Source of the DNA: Alphaproteobacteria bacterium
GTDB taxonomy: Bacteria > Pseudomonadota > Alphaproteobacteria > UBA9219 > RGZA01
Length of the DNA: 56,729 bases
Direction of reading: 5' to 3'
NCBI GenBank assembly: GCA_028278105.1
Contig: JANQEX010000091.1
Location: forward strand, 1-56,729
This document shows, piece after piece, positions 37,432 to 46,875 of the stretch. Within the stretch, counting starts at the first letter, position 1. The number at the start of each line of letters is the position of its first letter. The notes under the pieces are model-generated. The model had not been told where the DNA came from. It worked only from the letters and a program-made list of their open reading frames with translations, and ran no database searches. The translations under genes were made by a program, and so were the position numbers.

Positions 37432-37631
37432 CCGGATTTTCCCGGCAAGGCGAAGCCGGGCCCTGGAAAATCCTATGTCCACCGTAGCCTTGGCGAAGGT
37501 GGGCTGGTTTCTTTTGTATGCTTCATCTGGGCCCCCGCTTTCGCGGGGGCGCAAGTTTTTCTAAACTCGCAAGCTCGTTAAGAAAAACTATGCGGTTCAT
37601 GCCAAGGCGTTCATAGTATTATGCGAGCGAA

Positions 37632-37666
37632 ATGCTACTTATAGACTGTCGCACTATAAGTAGCAT
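37632..37666. promoter_or_regulatory. C-box operator of a restriction-modification controller gene
   Basis: ATGCTACTTATAG-actgtcgca-CTATAAGTAGCAT, perfect 13-bp inverted repeat, 35 bp long, 17 bp before the HTH gene. Confidence 0.8.
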
Positions 37667-37683
37667 CGCAATAGTATAATCGC

Positions 37684-37905
37684 ATGCATAACTCTCTCAT
37701 TGAAATACTCGCTAAAAATGTTCGATTGCACAGAAACCGGCAATCTATGTCCCAAGATGAACTCGCGGATAAAAGCGGTTTGCATCGTACATATATCGGC
37801 GGGATAGAACGAGCTGAAAGAAATATTACCCTTCATTCTCTTGAGAAAATTGCCACCGCTCTAAAAGTATCCCCAAAAAGGTTAATTGATGACAGCAAAA
37901 ACTAA
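37684..37905 (+). CDS. XRE HTH controller (C) protein
   Basis: SQDELADKSGLHRTYIGGIERAERNITL; preceded by the C-box, overlaps the nuclease gene. Confidence 0.88.
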   Translation: MHNSLIEILAKNVRLHRNRQSMSQDELADKSGLHRTYIGGIERAERNITLHSLEKIATALKVSPKRLIDDSKN

Positions 37906-38581
37906 AACCAATAAAAAAAGTGCACAGGGTGTCGTAAGCAAGAATGATGCAGAAGCTGTTGCTGCAAGAGAGCGTGTATTGTCAATGATAGATGCTATTT
38001 CGGCAGAAGATTTAATTAAATCAATTAAACGGGCCCCCAGCCTTCGAGGGATGATTCTTGGCTATATAGCCGAGGAAATGTTTGAGAAACATCTATTCGA
38101 TGAATACAAAATTTCTCCCGATAATATTCAAACGCACGATGATCATGATCGAGGAGTCAATAAATCTGATAGAACAGTGAAATATGGAGGGCGCGTATAT
38201 GGCATACAACTGAAATCTATGCAGACTAACAGCATTGGAAAAAATACGATCACTCAAGCATTACAAGCAGATATTCAAAATGATGCTTCTGATGCACGGA
38301 CGGTCATCTTGCCCAATGGCTCTAGAGTGATGACAACCTGCTATAAACGTGGCGAATACGATATACTTGCAGTTCCTCTTTTTCCGTTTACCGGCAAATG
38401 GAATTTTGCCTACAAAAAAAATGTGGATTGCAGGGCAACAACCTCAAAAAAATATACGGAATATCAAGCAAAGTACCTGCTCGCCTCCACCGAAAAAATT
38501 ACATGGCCCTTATCCAAAGAATGGTCAACCGACCTGAGAATAATCATGACCGATTTAATCGGCTCAATCATTTCCTCTTAG
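37886..38581 (+). CDS. Putative type II restriction endonuclease
   Basis: AT-rich; E...SD...QLK pattern compatible with a PD-(D/E)xK variant; position between C gene and methyltransferase; exact start uncertain (TTG 37886 or ATG 37889). Confidence 0.7.
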   Translation: MMTAKTKTNKKSAQGVVSKNDAEAVAARERVLSMIDAISAEDLIKSIKRAPSLRGMILGYIAEEMFEKHLFDEYKISPDNIQTHDDHDRGVNKSDRTVKYGGRVYGIQLKSMQTNSIGKNTITQALQADIQNDASDARTVILPNGSRVMTTCYKRGEYDILAVPLFPFTGKWNFAYKKNVDCRATTSKKYTEYQAKYLLASTEKITWPLSKEWSTDLRIIMTDLIGSIISS

Positions 38582-39427
38582 CCAATCAGAGAAGTTTGTA
38601 TAATCTATTTTTTTCCTATGATCTTGACGCTCAAAAACAAGAAAATAAGAATGATTTTTTCTCGCGTGTTTCTGCTGCAGCAGCCGAGAAATAATGGGAG
38701 CGTTCTTTCTCACAACCACGAAAACATCTTTGCAATAGAACATTTGATGCTCATATGCCCATACTAGTTCAATATGAGTTAGCTTTTGTCTATTCGCGGA
38801 CACTTCATCTTGGCATTTTACTATGAACTTCCCGGATGGCTTTAAAATTCGTTTAACCTCGGTAAGAACTGATAGATACGTCTCAAGAACAGCGTCGTGA
38901 TACTTGCGCTCTGCTTTTGCTGGAGTCGTGATTCCACTAGAATATGCCTTCTGAAAAGATTCATGGCTACCAGATCCCGCAAGAGCCTGCCTTGTTTTCC
39001 GATAGAGGCCTTCCATATAAGGAGGATCAAACACGACTGCATCTACCGAATTATCGTCATAAGGAAGCCGCTTCCAGCATTGCCCTAACTTTAGGTCAGA
39101 GGCCAATAGTTGATAATCCGATTTGCTTACATTTCTCCAAAAAACTCCAAGGCCATAAGTTATATCTGCAACAACTGCACCCTTTTTTACGTGCAACGCA
39201 AGGATCTGGGGGAAGACAATAGAATTATCCGCAGTATGCGCGGACATAGTGACGTCACTTGTCGCAATGCCCCTCGCTTTGCGTTTTTTGCCAGCAGTCC
39301 CTGCAAATCCCTGTTCTTGTTTCAAGACAAAAAGGCCGTGCAATGTTAAACTCCCGTTATGATACGTATAGTCATCATATTGGTATAGACTGTTTCCGTC
39401 AAGCTCAAAATGAAAGGTAGAAAACAC
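38564..39427 (-). CDS. Amino (N4-C or N6-A) DNA methyltransferase
   Basis: ADITYGLGVFW SAM-binding motif followed by VVFDPPY; convergent with and overlapping the nuclease; true start probably downstream of 39427. Confidence 0.8.
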   Translation of the reverse strand: MFSTFHFELDGNSLYQYDDYTYHNGSLTLHGLFVLKQEQGFAGTAGKKRKARGIATSDVTMSAHTADNSIVFPQILALHVKKGAVVADITYGLGVFWRNVSKSDYQLLASDLKLGQCWKRLPYDDNSVDAVVFDPPYMEGLYRKTRQALAGSGSHESFQKAYSSGITTPAKAERKYHDAVLETYLSVLTEVKRILKPSGKFIVKCQDEVSANRQKLTHIELVWAYEHQMFYCKDVFVVVRKNAPIISRLLQQKHARKNHSYFLVFERQDHRKKIDYTNFSDWLRGND

Positions 39428-39536
39428 TCTAAAAACGGTAGTGTCTCAGTTTGAAAAACATCATGCCCGCGAAGCCGAGTCCCACTTTTATAGGAACCAA
39501 AAAACTTTCGCTGACATGATGTTCCGCCAAATTAAG

Positions 39537-40001
39537 TCAGGCCCCAAACAAATCTGACAAGTACTCCCTGGATGGCTTTGCCTCTGATTGAAACCGCTCA
39601 ATCCGGTAACCGGCAGAACGAAGAAGCGCATCTCTTTTTCGGTCTTCTTCTTTAACATAAGTTCTGTCGTCTAACTCCACGATTGCCACCACATCAAAAG
39701 TATCGGGATGACAGATCACAAAGCCCGCATATTTTTGGCAATACTGGTTAGGAAGTGAGCCTTGTTCACCACACGGAACGGACTTGAGCAAGGCATCAAA
39801 TGATACTTGCGGAAAAACATGACAATCCGGCAGCGCCCTGCGCAACCGGTGATAAAATTCCCGTTCATCCAATGTAAAAATTGGCTTGCGCCACAACGCC
39901 GGTTCACACTCCGTTGACCCGCTCCATGTCATCCTTAGCGCCACGCCAATAAAACACAAGCCGCCCAACAGGAGAAACAAGCCGGTAATCTGATTATCCA
40001 T
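39537..40001 (-). CDS. DUF2726 family protein
   Basis: N-terminal TM helix, E..FY..L, VFPQV, IVELDD..., RDALLRSAGYRIERF. Confidence 0.8.
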   Translation of the reverse strand: MDNQITGLFLLLGGLCFIGVALRMTWSGSTECEPALWRKPIFTLDEREFYHRLRRALPDCHVFPQVSFDALLKSVPCGEQGSLPNQYCQKYAGFVICHPDTFDVVAIVELDDRTYVKEEDRKRDALLRSAGYRIERFQSEAKPSREYLSDLFGA

Positions 40002-40064
40002 GCCATGATTTTTGTTGCTTTAAAGCGGTTGGTCAATAGGCAACAATCGGCTTGGCTTTTCCGT

Positions 40065-40292
40065 ATGAACTTACGGGAAATTTTCGCAACCAACCTGCGC
40101 CGCCTGCGTCACAAATCGGGATTGTCGCAGGAAGAACTGGCCCATGAAGCCGCCATAAACCGGACCTATGTCAGCAAGCTTGAAAAGGGCGTCAGCTATC
40201 CGGGGCTTGAAATTATCGGAAAGCTTGCGAAGGTTCTTAGAGTTCTGCCGGCAGAATTGTTAATCCAACAAAAACCGGTCCGCAGGAAATAG
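40065..40292 (+). CDS. XRE family HTH regulator
   Basis: FATNLRRLR..GLSQEELA....NRTYVSKLEKG. Confidence 0.88.
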   Translation: MNLREIFATNLRRLRHKSGLSQEELAHEAAINRTYVSKLEKGVSYPGLEIIGKLAKVLRVLPAELLIQQKPVRRK

Positions 40293-40317
40293 TGGTGGGA
40301 CGCCAAATGCAGCGCCA

Positions 40318-41052
40318 TCACTCCACCCGCCCATACACCGCCTGTAGCTGCTTTCCTTCTTCCGCCGCAAGCCAGGCCCATATCTGGTCGCCGTAGGAGA
40401 AATGCCACCATTCGCCGGGGTGGCAGCGGAAATCCTGCGCAGACAAAAGATTGAACAAAACCCCGCGGTTGGCGGCGTATCTTAAAGCATCCGCGCCCAG
40501 CCGCCCGTCAAAAAAACCCGACGCGGATTCCGGCCCGATGAAATCAATGGGCGAGCCCATGTCAATCTCGTTCCCCTTTTCATCTTCCAGCGTGCAATCC
40601 AGCGCAGCGCCCGTGCTGTGCGGCGGCGGTGCGGCCGGGTCTTCGCTGGGCGGCGCCCAGAATTGATAAACCTCTTGCAGCAATCCGTCTTTTTGCGCGT
40701 CCGAAAGCGCAAGGGGATCAAGCCCCCGTTTTTTCGCGTGATGATAAAATTCATGCGCGACCATGAATTCCTGCACGGCAAGGGGGCGATAGGCATCGAA
40801 CACGCGAATGCGCCAGTCCGGACGCGCCGCGCTCAACCGGTCTTGCGCCGCTTTCAGCCGCGCCGCCACGCCGTGGCGCAAAAAATAGGGGCCGCGATTG
40901 CCATAGGGCGCGCCGAAAGCCGCGTAGGCGGGCGGGGAGGGCAGGGCAAGGCCCATCCCCTCCAGCGTCACCAGGGCCTCCCCGCATTCCTTTATGGTAA
41001 ACGCGCTCCAGGGCCTTGCAAGCCCCGCGCCCTTGCGTTTGACCTCCGGCAC
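40318..41052 (-). CDS. D-Ala-D-Ala dipeptidase, M15D (VanX/DdpX-like)
   Basis: FDAYRP, PHSTGAALD, EWWHFSYGD; start uncertain (GTG 41052). Confidence 0.88.
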   Translation of the reverse strand: MPEVKRKGAGLARPWSAFTIKECGEALVTLEGMGLALPSPPAYAAFGAPYGNRGPYFLRHGVAARLKAAQDRLSAARPDWRIRVFDAYRPLAVQEFMVAHEFYHHAKKRGLDPLALSDAQKDGLLQEVYQFWAPPSEDPAAPPPHSTGAALDCTLEDEKGNEIDMGSPIDFIGPESASGFFDGRLGADALRYAANRGVLFNLLSAQDFRCHPGEWWHFSYGDQIWAWLAAEEGKQLQAVYGRVE

Positions 41053-41074
41053 AAGGCGGGTTATTTCCTCCGTG

Positions 41075-41281
41075 ATGGATGACAATAAAACCCCTCCGCC
41101 AAAACCGGACGCCGCGCGCCTGCAACGCGAGGCCGAAGCCTTGCGCCAGAATCTTCTCCGCCGCAAGGAGCAGCAACGCCAACGCGAGACGAAGCAGGAA
41201 AGCCCGGACAAGGATAATACAAATTCCCCTCCCACCGGGAGGGGTTCTGCGAAAGGGTCGGGAGGGTCGGAAGGGTCATGA
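41075..41281 (+). CDS. Small basic hypothetical protein
   Basis: EAEALRQNLLRRKEQQR motif of a small protein I recall near murA in alphaproteobacteria; not verified. Confidence 0.55.
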   Translation: MDDNKTPPPKPDAARLQREAEALRQNLLRRKEQQRQRETKQESPDKDNTNSPPTGRGSAKGSGGSEGS

Positions 41282-41331
41282 GAGTCTTTTATGCTGACCC
41301 CATGGACCCTTCCGACCCTCAATGACCCTTC
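41252..41331. repeat. GGGTC/GACCC 9-bp-period palindromic array, copy E
   Basis: aaagggtcg-ggagggtcg-gaagggtca-tgagagtc, spacer, tgaccccat-ggacccttc-cgaccctcaa-tgacccttc. Confidence 0.85.
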
Positions 41332-41352
41332 CAAAAATTACTCCCAAAACTA

Positions 41353-41382
41353 AAAAGCCGGGAGCAGGCGCTCCCGGCTTTT
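41353..41382. terminator. Bidirectional intrinsic terminator
   Basis: AAAAGCCGGGAGC-aggc-GCTCCCGGCTTTT between convergent genes. Confidence 0.8.
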
Positions 41383-41400
41383 GACTTCAACGCAATACGC

Positions 41401-41718
41401 TTATCTACGGGGAGCCGGGTTGGCCAGCGGCGCGCGCATTTTTCTGTACTTACGGTGATGGCGCTTCTTCTTGTACTTCTTCACGGGCTTCATAACCTTT
41501 TCTTCCATCACCGGAGAAGCCCACCTGGCCTTGCGGCCGGGCGCCGCGGCGCGCGACCAGGTAGCCGCGCCCTTGGGCGGCTTCACGCTTGAAGAAGGAG
41601 GGGCCGAGTGAAACCGGCCCTGCTCATCAACCGCAAAGCCGAAAACTTCCGGGGCGTCGGCAAAGGCAGGCGCCGCGGCCAGAGCCGCCACGGCGGCCGT
41701 CAACAGGATCTTTTTCAT
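41401..41718 (-). CDS. Small exported protein with highly basic tail
   Basis: MKKILLTAAVAALAAAPAFA signal peptide; KKYKKKRHHRKYRK; followed by the terminator. Confidence 0.7.
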   Translation of the reverse strand: MKKILLTAAVAALAAAPAFADAPEVFGFAVDEQGRFHSAPPSSSVKPPKGAATWSRAAAPGRKARWASPVMEEKVMKPVKKYKKKRHHRKYRKMRAPLANPAPRR

Positions 41719-41980
41719 GCTTGAACTCCTTGGATGCCGCGGATATGCGGAACAGGTGGGGGGCGAAAGAGGAAAACCGTCCCGCTTTCGGGCCGCATCA
41801 TTGGGGGCCAATTCGGGCAAGCTAAAGGCAAAAATCCGCCAGGACAACCCGCCAAAAGCACAAACAGCCGATGATGCCGCCGGACAACAAGGTGAGGGGA
41901 ACGCCCTTGCGTTGCAAGGTGGTTGTTTCGGAGTCTTCTTTTCTGTAGTTATCAAGACTTTACAGGAAAGCTTTCGGCAA

Positions 41981-43267
41981 ATGGACAGCATACGCATCCG
42001 GGGGGGAAACCCGTTAAAGGGCAGAATTGTTATCGGCGGCGCAAAGAACGCGGCGCTGCCGCTTATGTCGGCCGCCTTGCTGACCTCCGATCCGCTGCAT
42101 CTGGATTATATTCCCGGTCTTGCCGATATCGCCACCATGGGCGAGTTGCTGGGCGTGCTTGGCTGTTCCTTTTCGGTGCGGAAAAACGGCGGCGGCGCGA
42201 ACATCGCCCGCGGCACGCTGGCCACGCCCGCGATCAAAAACATCACGGCGCCTTATGATCTCGTCCGCAGGATGCGGGCCGGCATTCTGGTGCTGGGCCC
42301 GCTGCTGGCCCGCTGCGGCAAGGCGCGGGTATCCCTGCCGGGGGGCTGCGCCCTCGGCCCGCGCCCCGTGGACCTGCACATCATGGGCTTGCAGAAAATG
42401 GGCGCGCGGATCGACCTTGCCGGCGGCTATATCGTCGCCGAAGCGCCGGGCGGATTGAAGGGGGCCGAGATCGTGTTCCCGCAGGTCACGGTCACCGGCA
42501 CCGAGAACCTTCTGATGGCCGCGTGCCTGGCCAGGGGCGATACGGCACTCGTCGGCGCCGCGCGCGAGCCGGAGGTGACCGACCTTGCCGAATGCCTTGT
42601 AAAAATGGGCGCGGAGATCGAAGGCATCGGCACCGATACCTTGCGCATCACCGGGAAAACAGAATTGCATGGCGCCACTCACCGCATCGTCGCCGACCGC
42701 ATCGTGACCGGCACCTACGCCATGGCGGCGGCCATGACCGGCGGCGAGCTGGAGCTGATCGGGGCGCATCCAGAGCATGTCCAGGCGGCTGTTGATTATA
42801 TGAGACAGGCAGGCATCGGCATCACGTCCGCTGGCAACGGCATCTTGGCGCGCCGGGGCGCGGACGGCATCCGCAGCGTTGACGTGACCACCGCGCCTTA
42901 TCCCGGCTTTCCCACCGACCTCCAGGCACAGGCCATGGCGCTGATGTGCCTGGGCGACGGCTCGGCCACGATTAACGAAACCATATTCGAGAACCGCTAC
43001 ATGCATGTGCCCGAACTGAGCCGCATGGGGGCCGACATCACCGTCAACGGCTCCATCGCCGTCGTGCATGGCGTGGACACGCTGCGCGGCGCGCCGGTGA
43101 TGGCCACCGACCTGCGCGCCTCGGTCTGCCTTGTGCTGGCGGGGCTCGCGGCGAAGGGGGATACCGTCATCAGCCGCGTTTATCATCTGGACCGCGGCTA
43201 TGAGCGGGTGGAGGAAAACCTGGCCGCCTGCGGCGCGGAGATCGAGCGGCTGAAGGAGGCCGCATGA
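41981..43267 (+). CDS. murA: UDP-N-acetylglucosamine 1-carboxyvinyltransferase
   Basis: GAKNAALP, LPGGCALGPRPVDLH, PGFPTDLQAQ, HLDRGYE. Confidence 0.97.
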   Translation: MDSIRIRGGNPLKGRIVIGGAKNAALPLMSAALLTSDPLHLDYIPGLADIATMGELLGVLGCSFSVRKNGGGANIARGTLATPAIKNITAPYDLVRRMRAGILVLGPLLARCGKARVSLPGGCALGPRPVDLHIMGLQKMGARIDLAGGYIVAEAPGGLKGAEIVFPQVTVTGTENLLMAACLARGDTALVGAAREPEVTDLAECLVKMGAEIEGIGTDTLRITGKTELHGATHRIVADRIVTGTYAMAAAMTGGELELIGAHPEHVQAAVDYMRQAGIGITSAGNGILARRGADGIRSVDVTTAPYPGFPTDLQAQAMALMCLGDGSATINETIFENRYMHVPELSRMGADITVNGSIAVVHGVDTLRGAPVMATDLRASVCLVLAGLAAKGDTVISRVYHLDRGYERVEENLAACGAEIERLKEAA

Positions 43268-43917
43268 GCGGCAACACAGGCATTCTGCTGGCCCTGCCCA
43301 GGGGCCGCATCCTGCGCGAGTTCATGCCCATATTGCAGCGGGCGGGAATCGAGCCTGAGCCGGATTTTGAAAACGAAAAAAGCCGCAAGCTTTTGTTCGC
43401 CACCAGCGAGCCGGGTCTGTCGCTCGTGCGCGCGCGGTCTTTCGACGTGGCGACTTTCGTGGCGCTGGGGGGCGCGCAACTTGGCGTGGCGGGCAATGAC
43501 GTGCTGATGGAGTTCGACTATCCCGACATCTACGCCCCGCTGGACCTGAACATCGGCCATTGCCGCCTCAGCCTGTGCCACCGCGAGGACCTGCCGTCGC
43601 CGGACCTTTCGCGCTACAGCCATTTGCGGGTGGCAACCAAATTTCCCAACGCCACGCGGCGCTGGTTCGCGGGGCGCGGCATTCAGGCCGAATGCATCGA
43701 GCTAAGCGGCGCGATGGAGCTTGCGCCGCTTCTGGGCCTGGCCCCCTTCATGGTCGATCTGGTGGCCACCGGCGGCACGTTGAAGGCCAACCGGCTGGTG
43801 GAGACAGAGAAAATCGCCGATGTCTCCTCACGCCTGATTGTTAACCGCACCGCCTATAAAACGCGGGGGAGCGAACTGGACGGCTGGATCAGCCGCCTGC
43901 GCGCGGCCGTGCGCTGA
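43264..43917 (+). CDS. hisG: ATP phosphoribosyltransferase, short form
   Basis: LALPRGRI, GVAGNDVLME, VATKFPN, GAMELAP, VDLVATGGTLKANRL. Confidence 0.95.
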   Translation: MSGNTGILLALPRGRILREFMPILQRAGIEPEPDFENEKSRKLLFATSEPGLSLVRARSFDVATFVALGGAQLGVAGNDVLMEFDYPDIYAPLDLNIGHCRLSLCHREDLPSPDLSRYSHLRVATKFPNATRRWFAGRGIQAECIELSGAMELAPLLGLAPFMVDLVATGGTLKANRLVETEKIADVSSRLIVNRTAYKTRGSELDGWISRLRAAVR

Positions 43918-44074
43918 TCCATTACAATGGCAATGACATCCGGCGTCCCCGCTTTCGCGGAAATACCTGTCCTTGCCTGGGGAAATACAAGAGTCCCTTG
44001 ACCGAGCCCTTTAAAACGGGCATTTTCCCGCGCCTGACCCGGCGGCAGGGCCGCCCCATATCAAACGGAACCTT

Positions 44075-44293
44075 ATGGCCAAGGACGACGTCATCGAATT
44101 TTCCGGCGCGGTGCTTGAACTGCTGCCCAACGCCATGTTCCGTGTGCGTCTGGATAATGGTCACGAAATCATCGCGCATACGGCGGGCCGCATGCGCAAG
44201 AACCGCATCCGCGTGCTGGCCGGCGACAAGGTGACGGTGGAAATGACTCCCTACGATCTCACCAAGGGCCGCATCAGCTTCCGCCATAAGTAG
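44075..44293 (+). CDS. infA: Translation initiation factor IF-1
   Basis: [32 protein letters not shown]. Confidence 0.98.
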   Translation: MAKDDVIEFSGAVLELLPNAMFRVRLDNGHEIIAHTAGRMRKNRIRVLAGDKVTVEMTPYDLTKGRISFRHK

Positions 44294-44614
44294 AGCAGGG
44301 ATGCTGATGTCCGGTCCAGGCAGAACGGGGCAAGAAACAAGGCTTAGCTGCTAATTGTCGCAGCTAAATTTGCCTTACGCTTGCTGAGAAGGTGGCCAAC
44401 AGGGCTGCATTCAGGAAGTTCTTTATGAAAATCCATAAATCCGCGCTTGCCCCTTTCAATACCTGCCTCGCGCTTCCAGTCACCAACAGCTTCGCGCGCC
44501 GCCGAAAATCTATCATCAATTTCCATATTATACCGCCATTAAAATAATGTTCGAATTGTACAGGATGAAACTTTTCCGGTCAATCTTTCGTTATCGTTAA
44601 CAGAAGAAAATCCC

Positions 44615-45193
44615 ATGTCGTCCTGCTTCGTCCTTGCCTCCACATCGCCCAGAAGGCTTGAACTGCTGAAGCAGATCGGCATCACGCCCGGTCGCGTGGA
44701 AGCGCCGCAAGTAAACGAACAGGCGTTGAAAGGCGAACTCCCGTCCGCCTTCGCGCGGCGCATGGCGGAAGAGAAGGCGAAAGAGGTCTCGGCCCGTTTT
44801 CCGCAAGCCGTCGTGCTGGCGGGCGACACGGTCGTGGCCTGCGGGCGGCGCATCATGCCTAAATGCCGGGATGAAGAAGAAATCAAGCGAAGCCTTGCGC
44901 TGCTTTCGGGAAGGCGACATCGTGTTTACGGCGGCGTGGCGGTTATGGCGCCCGGCGGGCATTGCCTTTCCCGCCTTGCGCAAAGCGCCGTGACCTTGCG
45001 CCGCCTGAATGAAAAGGAAATCAACGCCTACGCCGCCACCGGCGAAGGTCTGGGCAAGGCCGGCGGTTATGCGTTGCAGGGCCGGGCGGCGGCGTTCATT
45101 CGCTTCACCTCCGGCTCGCCCTCGAACATTATCGGCCTGCCGCTTTACGAAACGGCGCATCTGTTGCAGCTTGCGGGGTATGGCAGCTCATGA
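44615..45193 (+). CDS. maf: Maf family nucleotide pyrophosphatase
   Basis: LASTSPRRLELL, AGDTVV, GKAGGYALQG, NIIGLPL. Confidence 0.93.
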   Translation: MSSCFVLASTSPRRLELLKQIGITPGRVEAPQVNEQALKGELPSAFARRMAEEKAKEVSARFPQAVVLAGDTVVACGRRIMPKCRDEEEIKRSLALLSGRRHRVYGGVAVMAPGGHCLSRLAQSAVTLRRLNEKEINAYAATGEGLGKAGGYALQGRAAAFIRFTSGSPSNIIGLPLYETAHLLQLAGYGSS

Positions 45194-46308
45194 CCAGCAC
45201 TCTTTACTACGACCAGCATGAAGGCCTTGCCCGCGCCATTGTCAAAACGAACGGCGCCGTGGCGGAATGCTTTTTCGCTCCGCAGACGCAGGCCGCGCAG
45301 ACGGGCATGATCTGCCTCGCCACGGTCGACCGTCTTTTGCAGGGGAACCGCCACGCCTTCCTGCGTCTGCCTGACGGTTCGACCGGCTTCCTGAACGATG
45401 CCGAAGACCTGCAAGGCGGCGACGAGGTTCTGGTGCAGATCAAGTCGGAATCCCGCGGCAACAAGGGACCGGGACTGACCCGCAACATCTCGCTGCCGGG
45501 CGTTTATTTCATTCACCAGCCCGACGGGGAAGGGGTTTCATTCTCGCGCCGGCTGGACGAAGCCGGGCGGCGGCATGTCGGCCCCGATATTCTGGCCATG
45601 GCCGAGGCGCAGCCGGGTGGCTGGGTGCTGCGCAAATCCTGCCGGAACGCGAAGCCGGAGGCGCTGGAGCGCGAAATTGCCGGGCTTGCCGCTTTCGCGG
45701 AGAAGCTTGACGGCGATCCTGATGCAAACGGCATTTTTCTTCCGCCCCCTTCGGCATTCGAGCAAGGGCTGATTTCCGCCGCCGCCGAAGAAAGTTTTGA
45801 AATTGTGGTGGAGGAAGGGATTGACCTTCACGCGCAGCTTGACAACCTGTCGCGCTTATGTCCCGCCTGGACAGCGGCGCTAAAGCCGCGCCTTGCGCCC
45901 CACGCTTTCGACGAGGGTGATCTGGAAAGCTTTTTCCATGCGCTTTTGCAGGAAAAGCTTCCGCTGCCGCAAGGCGGAAGCGTGGTCTTCGCCCGCAACG
46001 AGGCGCTGAACGTGATTGACGTGAATGGCGGCGAGCGCAACCGCGGCGCCGAGGTCAATCATGACGCCGCAAGGCTGATTATGGAGCAGATCCGTTTTCG
46101 CAATATCGGCGGGCTGATCGTGATCGACTTCCTGAAAATGAAATCCCGCGACGAGCGCGACGCGCTGACCGGCGCCATCATGAATCTTGCCTCGCGCGAT
46201 GCGCATGCCATGGATGTTTACGGCTTCACCCGCATGGGACTGTTTGAAATCAGCCGCGCCCGGCGGGGCTTCGCGCTGGACGAGGTGATGAACGGGCGGG
46301 ATTCATGA
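45190..46308 (+). CDS. Ribonuclease E/G family protein
   Basis: [32 protein letters not shown]; between maf and yacG. Confidence 0.88.
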   Translation: MTSTLYYDQHEGLARAIVKTNGAVAECFFAPQTQAAQTGMICLATVDRLLQGNRHAFLRLPDGSTGFLNDAEDLQGGDEVLVQIKSESRGNKGPGLTRNISLPGVYFIHQPDGEGVSFSRRLDEAGRRHVGPDILAMAEAQPGGWVLRKSCRNAKPEALEREIAGLAAFAEKLDGDPDANGIFLPPPSAFEQGLISAAAEESFEIVVEEGIDLHAQLDNLSRLCPAWTAALKPRLAPHAFDEGDLESFFHALLQEKLPLPQGGSVVFARNEALNVIDVNGGERNRGAEVNHDAARLIMEQIRFRNIGGLIVIDFLKMKSRDERDALTGAIMNLASRDAHAMDVYGFTRMGLFEISRARRGFALDEVMNGRDS

Positions 46309-46481
46309 AAAAACTCTGCCCCATCTGCGAAAAACCGGCGGAGGATGCATTTGCGCCCTTCTGCTCGCAGCGCTGCGCCGATATCGACCTGCACCGCTGG
46401 CTGGGCGGTTCTTACCGCATTCCCGTGCGCGAGGACGAAGACGAGGACGGCTCGAAGGAATCAGGAGGAAATCTGCAATAA
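46305..46481 (+). CDS. yacG: DNA gyrase inhibitor YacG (missing from the ORF track)
   Basis: Translated by hand: [40 protein letters not shown]..., 58 aa, ATGA overlap with the RNase gene. Confidence 0.93.
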   Translation: MKKLCPICEKPAEDAFAPFCSQRCADIDLHRWLGGSYRIPVREDEDEDGSKESGGNLQ

Positions 46482-46569
46482 TTGGGGGTTTCCCCGCCCG
46501 GATCGCGCCCACAGGGCACTGGACAAACCGGCGAACAAAACCTATACCCACTACCGTTTTGATGGGTAC

Positions 46570-46645
<76 letters not shown>

Positions 46646-46875
46646 TTAGCTTTGCCTGGCGAACGAAGTGAGCCTTGGCAAAGCTTATGTCCGCTAATGA
46701 ACGGACGTGGTACGAGTACCTTCAAAGTGATTGGAAGGCCGCTGATGATTGTCTCAAAGACATCATCCAAATCGCCAGAAAAGACCTTAAAACATAAACA
46801 TTTATTTCGTCCTTGTTGCCGGGAGAATAGTCTTGCAACCTGTGGGGCCCCGACAAATTACGGATTCCCTCCAGC

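Noticed and set aside
40318-41052. VanX-like gene as vancomycin resistance
   Set aside because: No vanH, vanA or vanRS neighbours; stand-alone M15D dipeptidases are common in Gram-negative bacteria.
4125-41331. GGGTC/GACCC arrays or REP clusters as CRISPR arrays
   Set aside because: Units are about 9 bp with no unique 25-45 bp spacers, and no cas genes are present.
41717-41980. Long N-terminal extensions in the ORF track for murA, map, fliF, cheA, cheR and the dipeptidase
   Set aside because: They arise from the furthest upstream start codon; family-typical N-termini begin at the downstream starts used here.
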